Of a stretch of 46,205 nt of DNA, positions 1 through 10,900 are shown piece by piece. Within the stretch, counting starts at the first letter, position 1. Every line of letters starts with the position of its first letter. The notes under the pieces are model-generated. The model made no database searches, was not told where the DNA came from, and saw nothing but the letters and a program-made list of their open reading frames with translations. The translations under genes and the position numbers were made by a program. Origin of the DNA: Phoronis australis (taxonomy: Eukaryota > Animalia > Phoronida); assembly GCA_002633005.1 (NCBI GenBank), contig NMRA01000579.1:219120-265324 (forward strand), in the 5' to 3' direction.

Positions 1-1770
1 GGGTTGCAAACGCGAAATTTCCGGCGACTGGTGGAGACTACAATTCGTAGCAACCTGCGGGGACATCACAATATGAACGTAAAATTGTTGACCGAGTTGA
101 CGATTTTTTGCACTGAACAGAGGGCCATAGCCCCCTTGGGTGCCCCACCTCCTGAGTAAGACAGATTCGGCTTCTAAACGCGTTCACAGTCTCCATGTAA
201 ATAAACAGCGACGCCATCTATCATTTAAACAAAGAAGGTATGCTAGTCATACTTCTTGTACATAATTTTTTGTAATAAGCAATAATCATCATTGTGGTTT
301 TCAGAGAATGGTAATTAGTAATGCTGGTCGTGTTTGTGCAGCTAAAGCTAATTACATGTTCCAAGAGCTCCCAATTGACGGTTGCGGCAGCGAAGAAGAG
401 GTAAACGGGACCAAGTGCGGTTCGTGTAATGCTTCGTAAGCAAAAACTACAGAAGAGGCAAGATTTTTTTATTTTAGATTATGAACAGGTTATGAATGAC
501 GAAAATTTTTTTTATGAGGTCAGTTTTTGGAAAGATGCAGTATGGCTGCTACAAAGCTCCAAATTTGGCCAAAAATGGCTTCAGTGAAAACCTTCAAAAT
601 AGCCGTTTTTGCCACACAAATTCAAAGCATACAAATTTGAAAATAAAATTAATTTTAAAAGTTGTGCCATTAAATTATTCAATCAGTCCTTTCAAACCAT
701 ATCACTAATATGTCTACTTCGGTGCCCAATTTTTAATGGATGAAACTTCTTAAAAAGCGACATTTTTCGACATCTTACCAAACCAAACTCATGTGGTAAG
801 TCTCAAAAAATCTGTGATTTTGGGTATAGACTCTACCTGTTGCTATTTATACGGAATCACTCTTAAAGCGTTTTATTGCACAGCCCGTCATTATTCTGTA
901 TTCTCAACCATGAATAATGTTTCTGTTTGATACAGTAATGCTTTCAAGAGACACAGGCATTCAACGTGGTTGCGATCATATAAGGTTTTAAGAGTGTACA
1001 CCGCTTAAGAGCCAAACAGTTGGTGGTGTACACAGTCTAGAGCACTGCTTTCCTAATATGACGTTCACCGCACATCCGAGAGTGTTGCCAATCAAACTTA
1101 TCCTTGTCAGTCAAAGTTAACACAGCAGAGATCCCTTACACAGATTGACTCAGATCATATTCTTACGGCACAACCATTGCTTAATATGAAAAATAACATT
1201 TGGAGACCTCCGCCTCGTTTAAAGAAACAAAAAGGTTGTTGAGTTATGCGGAGAAGAAAGGGTCCACCAATTTCAGCTGGCATAATAATTTTGTTTTTGG
1301 AAATAAAGAAAAGTATAAAAATACCCCAATTTTCAAAAACACTACAGACCAGAACCAATCACGCTATTTCCTTTGGCTTGTTTTTTGTGAGTTATGCCAT
1401 TCGTTCTTTTCGGAGAATCGATAGTGCGTTACAATTGACAGTCAATTCCAATTTTGAATATCCCATATGCAGTTAAATCTCAAGCTTTGTGATAGCTCGA
1501 AGGTGACTGTCGCTTGGACCGATTTGAAATGCTTACAGAAGTAACAAACAGAACTCATTCGTTCCCTCACAGGAATTTGAAGATGATGGAATTTTTCTGC
1601 CTCGCAACAGGGTATTTTGTTGGCATGACCGCCGTCCACCAACTGCTCAATCCCATCTGGTAACCAGTCGTATTTCATTATGTCCCCGCTATATTGGGAA
1701 ATGGGACTATTGTAGCGTTAAGCCAGCGTGAGGCAGGTTGAAAAAAACATCTAGGTCAAAACAAAAAATA

Positions 1771-1776
1771 TTTATT
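1771..1776 (-). terminator. Candidate polyadenylation signal AATAAA for the giant ORF
   Basis: tttatt on the + strand, ~140 nt downstream of the stop codon. The DNA is AT-rich, so it could be chance. Confidence 0.4.
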
Positions 1777-1914
1777 ATAAATTATCTCGTAAACAAAAGT
1801 CATACATTACATGAAAACTACAAAATAGGACAAATATCATGCTATGCAATAAAATATTACTATATAGTTTGCAATGAGAATTTTTTCGGTCGCAATAATT
1901 ATTATGTTAGGTAT

Positions 1915-4900
1915 TCAAGGACAGGATCTTAGAGTATTTGTGCAGAAACTTAAATCAGAGTGAAGATCATGGTGTAAGCAAAACAAAACAAAACAAAACA
2001 AAACAAAACAAAACAAAAAATTGTTGTTAGAAGAAACAACATCGTGATCTCGACTGCTCCTCTGAATATTCACACAACTAATCGTTCTTAGTCTGATACT
2101 CGAACTGTCCTCTGGCCACTTTCTCTTTCCAGCAGATAGTTGTGGATGTTCTCCCACCTCTGCTGGGTTCACACCAGACGCGTAAAGTTGTCTGGTATTT
2201 GGATTGCTGTTCTGGATCTTCACCGAAGGAATCATTCTCGAGTCCGGCACTCCTCCAGTCAGGTTACTCGACGACTGAAACACTGGAACTTTGTGCGTGA
2301 TTTTGAGAGGCACGGCCACTTGTTGTGAGATCTGTAATTTGTTTCCATGGCCACGGGCAGATTTGGCTGCGGGGACATCAAGCTGTAGCTTGGTTATGAC
2401 GTCATCAGCGGACGGTGGACGTGTATGTACAGTTGTGGTGGTCCTGTTCAGCGCAGTGTGTCTGTTCACGAGCTGCTCCAGGGAAGGCATAACAATCACA
2501 GACTTGTGCAGATGTCTCTTAATGACTGCCCTCTGTTGCTCCGTGAAGGAACTAGACACAGCTAACTTCTCCAGTGTCTTCTTGGGCAGTTCGAAGATGC
2601 TGGATTTGGCCGACAGTCCCAGGCTGTTTTTTTCCGCCACTGTAAATAACGGCACCGTTTTAGCGAAATTCCAGGTCTTTAATTTCCCTTTCATTTGTTG
2701 ACGTCCTCTTGTGCCGTTCTCTAGAGAATTGCCACTAACTTTCTCTTCTAATCTGTCATACTTCGAAGCCGTTAGTTTCTGTTCAAAACAGCAAGTTAGC
2801 ACAGAACGGTGGAGCGGCTTTTCTATGGTCATGTTACTTGAAACACTGGCAATAATTTCCTCTTGCATGCAGTCAGACATCAAAGCCTTAAGGGTGTGGC
2901 CAAAAGACGAAGACTGCACAGTTGGTTGTGGATGTTCTCCGGTGCTGTTGTTCAAACTATTGTCAGAACTTTCATTTGCGATGGTGTTGGACATCAAAGC
3001 CTTGACCTTGTGATCACAAAATGGAAGTTGCACAGAAAGCTGTGGACATTCTCTGACTCCGTTGCATGAAGTATCGTTAGAAGCTTTCATCTCTACACTG
3101 TCAGCCATCAAAGTCTTGAGCTTCAGTGCAGGAGAGAAAGTTTCGGCTTTCAACAGGCTATGTCGACGATTGACATTCGTCATTTCTTTGCCATTGTCAA
3201 AGTGCATCCGTTGTAGGGATGTCGGTTGTTGAACCATTGGTGCGCTGGACTTGTCCAGATGAACTTTGTTTGACTTTACTTCATTAACACTATTCTGCAC
3301 AGACGGGTTGTCAAGTCTTTCTCTGCAAATCTTACTGCCTACCCCTGTTGGATTCACACCAGACACAGAAAAATGTGTGGGTTTTGGATTGCTGTTCTGG
3401 ATTTTCATCGAAGGAATCATTCTCGAATCCAACACTCCTCCAGTCAGGTAATTCGACGACTGAAAAGCTGGTACTTTGTGCTCAATTTTGAGAGGCGCCG
3501 CCACTTGTCTTGAGATCTGTAATTTGTTTCCATGGCCACGGGCAGTTTTGGCTGTGGGGTGAGCAAGCTGTAGCTTGGTTATGACGTCATCAGCTGACGG
3601 TGGACGTGTATGTGCAGTTGTGATGGTCGTGTTCAGCGCAGTGTGTCTGTTCACGAGCTGCTCCAGGGAAGGCATAACAAACACAGACTTGTACAGATGT
3701 CTCTTAATGACTGCCCTCTGTTGCTCCGTGAGGGAACTAGACACAGCTAACTTCTCCAGTGTCTTCTTGGGCAGTTGGAAGATGTCGGATTTGGCTGAAA
3801 GTCCCACTCTGTTTTTTTCCGCCACTGTAAATAACGGCACCGTTTTAGCGAAATCCCAGGTCTTTAATTTCACTAAATTTTCAACGGTAAGAGTTCTTCC
3901 GTCGTCGCTCTGTACAGACGTCAAAGTGTGGTTTCTGGCTCTTTCAATGTCGTGTGTGTTAAACCGCAAAATAGGCCGCGCACCAGTTTCTCCCTTGTTG
4001 GACGATACAACATCCTGATCTCGACTGCTAATCTGAACATTCACACAACTAATCGTTCTCAAGTCAGGTACTACAGCTGTCTTCTGTCCACGTTCTCTTT
4101 TCTGCAGATGTTCTTTAATTTCGTTTTCTCCACCTTGAATGTGGTTAAAACATGTGCGTGACAGAACAGCCTGGGGTTTGTTGATACGGAATGTAGTTTC
4201 AGCTTCGGACAATTTGTGCGTTCGGGCAGTTGACTGCTGACGTTCCCTGGTGCAGTTGTCTAAAGTATTTTCATTAACGTCCTCTACAATGCCGGCAAAC
4301 ATCAAAATCTTTAAATTCTGATTACGAAGAGAAGTTTTCACAGTAGGCAGTGGGCGGTCTCTGGTAACAATGCATGAATCATTGTAAATTAAGTTCTTTT
4401 CTATACTGTTAGACATCAAAACTCTTAATGCCTGGTCGCGAGAGGAAATTCGCACTTTAGGCTGCAGGCGCTCTCTTGTAGCGTTACTTAAAGTATTGTT
4501 CGTAACGTTCTCTTCTGTGTTGCCAGATATAAAAGACTCCAAATTTTGACCACAAGAGGAAATTTGCACCCGTTGACGTTCTCTGGTATAGGTCTTTAAA
4601 AGTCTGTTAATAACTTCCTCTTCCACGCTGTAAGACATCCTAATTTTGAGTTCGTGACAACCAAAAGAAGTTTCAGCCTTTAACATTTTCTGGGGACAAT
4701 TGCCATTCTCCATGCCTCTAGTGCCGTCAAAGTACTTCCATTGAACAAATAGCGGCAGTTGGCTCATATTTGTAATACAGGGGTCCACGTTAAATCGCAT
4801 TGATTGTTCTTCATCGACAGAATGTAGTACCAACAAGTTCATGTCTTTCCTTCTCCTTGTACCTAACTGTCTTGGATAATTTACAGCGGACAAGGAAAGT

Positions 4901-7900
4901 TGTGTGCCTGTTGGATAGCTATTCTGAACATTCAACATTCCCTGTCTAGTCCCTCCAGCTCTCAACAACCTCTGTTCACAATCGTTTTGCTGCAGATGTT
5001 CTTTCATTTCATTTTCTGCACTCTGAATATTGTCAAAATAGTTCAGCGTCATCGCAATCTGCGTTTTGTCGACAACGGATGTAAAATCAACATCCGCAAT
5101 AGTATGCACTCGCACAGAGATTTGTTGACGTCCTCTTGTGCCGTTCTCTAGAGAATTGTCAATAACGTTCTCTTCTAATCTGTCATACTTTGAAGCCGTT
5201 AGTTTCTGTTCAAAAGAGCAAGTTAGCACAGAACGGTGTAGAGGCTTTTCTATGGTCCTGTTACTTGAAACACTGGCAATAATTTCCTCTTCCATGCAGT
5301 CAGACATGAAAACCTTAAGTTTGGGGCCAAGAGACGAAGATTGCACAGTTGGTTGTAGATGTTCTCCAGTGCTGTTTAAAGTATTGTCAGTAGGTTCCTC
5401 AGCAATGGTGTTGGACATCAAAGCCTTGACCTTGTGATCACAAAATGGAAGTTGCACAGAAAGCTGTGGACATTCTCTGACTCCGTTGCATAAAGTATCG
5501 TTAGAAGCTTTCATCTCTACACTGTCAGCCCTCAAAGTCTTGAGCTTCAGTGCAGGAGAGAAAGTTTCGGCTTTCAACAGGCTGTGTCGACGATTGGCAT
5601 TCGTCATTTCTTTGCCATTGACAAAGTGCATCCGTTGTAGTGATGTCGGTTGTTGAGCCATTGGTGCGCCGGACTTGTCCACATGAACTTTGTTTGACTT
5701 TTCTTCATTAACACTATTCCGTACAGACGGGTTATCGAGTCCTTCTCTGCAAATCTTACTGCCTACCCCTGTTGGATTCACACCAGACACCGAAAGTTGT
5801 GTGGCTTTTGGATTCTTGTTCTGGATCTTCACCGAAGGAATCATTCTCGACTCCGACACTCCTCCAGTCAGGTTACTCGACGACTGAAAAGCTGGAACTT
5901 TGCGCTTAATTTTGAGAGGCGCTGCCACTTGTCTTGTGATCTGTAATTTGTTTCCATGGCCACGGGCAGTTTTGGCTGTGGGATGATCAAGCTGTAGCTT
6001 GGTTATGACGTCATCAGCTGACGGTGGACGTGTATGTACAGTTGTGGTGGTCCTGTTCAGCGCAGTGTGTCTGTTCACGAGCTGCTCCAGGGAAGGCATA
6101 ACAAACACAGTCTTGTAGAGATGTCTCTTAATGACTGCCCTCTGTTGCTCCGTGAGGGAACTAGACACAGCTAACTTTTCCAGTGTCTTCTTGGGCAGTT
6201 GGAAGATGTCGGATTTGGCTGAAAGTCCCAGTCTGTTTTTTTCTGCCACTGTAAATAACGGCACCGTTTTAGCGAAATCCCAGGTCTTTAATTTCACTAA
6301 AGTTTCAACGTTAACAGTTCTTCCGTCGTCTCTCTGTACAGACGTCAAAGTGTGGTTTCTGGCTCTTTCAATGTCGTGTGCGTTAAACCGCAAAATAGGC
6401 TGCGCACCAGTTTCTCCCTTGTTGGACGATACAACATCCTGATCTCGACTGCTCCTCCGAACATTCATATAACGAATTGTTCTCAAGTCAGATACTACAG
6501 TTGTCTTCTGTCCACGTTCTCTTTTCTGCAGATGTTCTTTAATTTCGTTTTCTCCACCTTGAATGTGGTTAAAACATGTGCGTGACAGAACAGCCTGGGG
6601 TTTGTTGATACGGAATGTAGTTTCAGCTTCGGACATTTTTTGCGTTCGGGCAGTTGACTGCTGACGTTCCCTGGTGCCGTGGTCTAAAGTATTTTCATTA
6701 ACGTCCTCTACAATGCCGGCAAACATCAAAATCTTTAATTTCTGATCACGAAGAGAAGTTTTCACAGTAGGCAATGTGCGGTCTCTGGTATCAATGCATG
6801 AATCATTGTAAATTACGTTCTTTTCTATACTGTTAGACATCAAAACTCTTAATGCCTGGTCGCTAGAGGAAATTCGCACTTTAGGCTGCGAGGGTTCTCT
6901 GGTAGCGTTACTTAAAGTATTGTTCGTAACGTTCTCTTCTGTGTTGCCAGACATGAAAGACTCTAAATTTTGACCACGAGAGGAAATTCGCGCCCGTTGA
7001 CGTTCTCTGGTATAGTTCTTTAAAAGTCTGTGAATAACTTCCTCTTCCACGCTGTAAGACATCCAAATTTTGAGTTCGTGACAACCAAAAGAACTTTCAG
7101 CCTTTAACATTTTCTGGGGACAATTGCCATTCGCCATGCCTCTAGTGACGTCAAAATACTTCCATTGAACACATATCGGCTGGTGGCTCATATTTGTAAT
7201 AGAGGGGTCCACGTTAAATCGCATTGATTGCTCTTCATCGACAGAATGTAGTACCAACAAGTTCATGTCTTTCCTTCTCCTTGTTTCTAACTGTCTTGGA
7301 TAATTTACAGCGGACAAGGAAAGTTGTGTGCCTGTTGGATAGCTATTCTGAACATTCAACATTCCCTGTCTAGTCCCTCCAGCTCTCAACAACCTCTGTT
7401 GACAAACGTTTTGCTGCAGATGTTCTTTCATTTCATTTTCTGCACTCTGAATATTGTCAAAATAGTTCAGCGTCATCACAATCTGCGTTTTGTCGACAAC
7501 GGATGTAAAATCAACATCCGCAATAGTATGCACTCGCACAGAGATTTGTTGACGTCCTCTTGTGCCGTTCTCTAGAGAAATGTCAATAACATTCTCTTCT
7601 AATCTGTCATACTTCGAAGCCGTTAGTTTCTGTTCAAAAGAGCGAGTTAGCACAGAACGGTGTAGCGGCCTTTCTATGGTCCTGTTACTTGAAACACTGG
7701 CAATAATTTCCTCTTCCATGCAGTCAGACATGAAAACATTAAGTGTGTGGCCAAGAGACGAAGATTGCACAGTTGGTTGTAGATGTCCTCCGGTGCTGTT
7801 GTTCAAAGTATTGTCAGAAGTTTTCTCTGCAATGGTGTTGGACATCAAAGCCTTGACCTGGTGATCACAAAATGGAAGTTGCACAGAAAGATGCGGACAT

Positions 7901-10900
7901 TTTCTGACTCTGTTGCATGAATTATCGTTAGAAGCTTTCATCTCTACACTGTGAACCATCAAAGTCTTGAGCTTCAGAGTAGGAGAGAAAGTTTCTGCTT
8001 TCAACAGGCTGTGTCGACGATTGGCATTAGTCATGTCTTTGCCATTGTCAGCGTGCATCCATTGTAGAGATGTCGGTTGTTGAATCACTGTTGCGCTGGA
8101 CTTGTCCACATGAACTTTGTTTGACTTTACTTCATTAACACTATTCCGTACAGACGGGTCATCGAGTCTTTCATCGCAAATCTTATTGCCTACCCCTGTT
8201 GGGTTCACACCGGACACGGAAAGTTGTGTGGTATTTGAATTGCTGTTCTGGATCTTCACCGAAGCAATCATTGTCGAGTCCGACACTCCTCCAATCAAGT
8301 TACTCGACGACTGAAAAACTGGAACTTTGTGCTTGATTTTGAGAGGCACCGCCACTTGTCTTGAGTTCTGAAATTTGTTTCCATGGCCACGGTCAGTTTT
8401 GGCTATGGGGAGATCAAGCTGTAGCTTGGTTATGACGTCATCAGCTGACGGTGGACGTGTATGTACAGTTGTGGCGGTCCTGTTCAGCGCAGTGTGTCTG
8501 TTCACGAGCTGCTCCAGGGAAGGCATAACAAACACAGTCTTGTACAGATGTCTCTTAATGACTGCCCTCTGTTGCTCCGTGAGGGAACTAGACACAGCTA
8601 ACTTTTCCAGTGTCTTCTTGGGCAGTTGGAAGATGTCTGATTTGGCTGAAAGTCCCAGTCTGTTTTTTTCCGCCACTGTAAACAACGGCACCGTTTTAGC
8701 GAAATCCCAGGTCTTTAATTTCACTAAATTTTCAACGTTAACAGTTCTTCCATCGTCTCTCTGTACAGACGTCAAAGTGTGGTTTCTGGCTCTTTCAATG
8801 TCGTGTGTGTTAAACCGTAAAATAGGTTGCGCACCAGTTTCTCCCTTGTTGGACGATACAACATCCTGATCTCGACTGTTCCTCTGAACATTCACACAAC
8901 TAATCGTTTTCAAGTCAGATACTACAGCTGTCTTCTGTCCACATTCTCTTTTCTGCAGTTGTTCTTTACTTTCGTTTACTCCACCCTGAATTTGGTTAAA
9001 ACATGTGCGTGACACAACAGCCTGGGGTTTTTTGATACGGAATGTAGTTTCAGCTTCGGACATTTTTTGCGTTCGGACAGTAGACTGCTGACGTTCCCTG
9101 GTGCCGTTGTCTAAACTACTTTCATTAACGTCCTCTACAATGCCGGAAAACATCAAAATCTTTAATTTCTGATCACGAAGAGAAGTTTTCACAGTAGGCA
9201 GTGGGCGGTCTCTGGTAACAATGCATGAATCATTGTAAATTACGTTCTTTTCTATACTGTTAGACATCAAAACTCTTAATGCCTGGTCGCGAGAGGAAAT
9301 TCGCTCTTTAGGCTGCAGGCGTTCTCTGGTAGGGTTACTTAAAGTATTGTCCGTAACGTTCTCTTCAGTTTTGCCGGACATAAAAGAAGCCAAATTTTGA
9401 CCACGAGGGGAAATTTGCGCCCGTTTACGTTCTCTGGTATAGTTCTTTAAAGGTCTGTTAATAACTTCCTTTTCCACGCTGTAAGACATCCAAATTTTGA
9501 GTTCGTGACCACCAAAAGAAGTTTCAGCCTTTAACATTTTCTGGGGACAATTGCCTTTCGCCATGCCTCTAGTGACGTCAAAGCACTTCCATTGCACACT
9601 GAATAGCTGTTGGATTATATTTGTAATAGAGGGGTCCACGTTAAATCGCACTGATTGCTCTTCATCGACATGATTTAGTACCAACATGTTCATTTCTTTG
9701 CTCCTCTGTGTTGGGTAATTAACAACGGACAAGAAAAGTTGTGTGCCTATTTGACAGCTATTCTGAATATTTAACATTCCCAGTCTATATTTTGCAGCTC
9801 TCAGCTTCCTCTGTTCATCATCTCTTTGTTGCAAAGGAACTTTCTCTTCACTTTCTGCACTCTGAATATTGTCAAAACAGTTCAGCGGCACTGTAACCTG
9901 CGTTTTGTCGGCAACGGATGTAAAATCAACATCCGCAATAGTATGCACTCGCACAGAGATTTGTTGACGTCCTCTTGTGCCGTTCTCTAGAGAATTGTCA
10001 CTAACTTTCTCTTCTAATCTGTCATACTTCGAAGCCGTTAGTTTCTGTTCAAAAGAGCAAGTTAGCACAGAACGGTGTAGCGGCTTTTCTATGGTCCTGT
10101 TGCTTGAAATACTGGCAATAATTTCCTCTTCCATGCAGTCAGACATCAAGGCCTTAAGTGTGTGGTCAAGAGACGAAGATTGCACAGATGGTTGTGAATG
10201 TTCTCCGCTGCAGTTGTTCAAAATATTGTCAGAAGTTTTCTCTGCAATGGTGTTGGACATCAAAGCCTTGACCTTGTGATCACAAAATGGAAGTTGCACA
10301 GTCAGCTGTGGACATTCTCTGACTCCGTTGCATAAAGTATCGTTAGAGGCTTTCATCTCTACACTGTCAGCCACCAAAGTCTTGAGCTTCAGAGCAGGAG
10401 AGAAAGTTTCTGCTTTCAAGATGCTCTGCCGACGACTGCCATTCTTGATGATTTTGCCATTGTCAACGTGCATCCGTTGTAGAGATGTCGGTTGTTGAAT
10501 CATTGCTGCGCTGGACTTGTCCACACGAACTTTATCTGACTTTACTTCATTAACACTATTCCGTACTGATGGATCATCGAGTCTTTCATCGCAAATCTTA
10601 TTGCCTATCTGTGTTGGGTTCACACCAGACACGGAAAGTTGCGTGGCTTTTGGATTGCTGTTGTGGATCTTCACCGAAGGAATCATTCTCGAGTCCGACT
10701 CTCCTCCAGTCAGGTTACTCGACGACTGAAAAACTGAAACTTTGTGCTTGATTTTGACAGGCACCACCACTTGTCGGGCGGATTTGGCTGTGGGGAGATC
10801 AAGCTGTAGCTTGGTTATGACGTCATCAGCTGACGGTGGACGTGTATGTACAGTTGTGGTGGTTTTGTTCAGCGCAGTATGTATGTTCGCGAGCTGCTCC

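Noticed and set aside
1442-1678. 78-aa minus-strand ORF with a gtaag donor-like site just downstream of the giant ORF
   Set aside because: No convincing acceptor and no recognisable homology. It cannot be supported as a further exon without RNA data.
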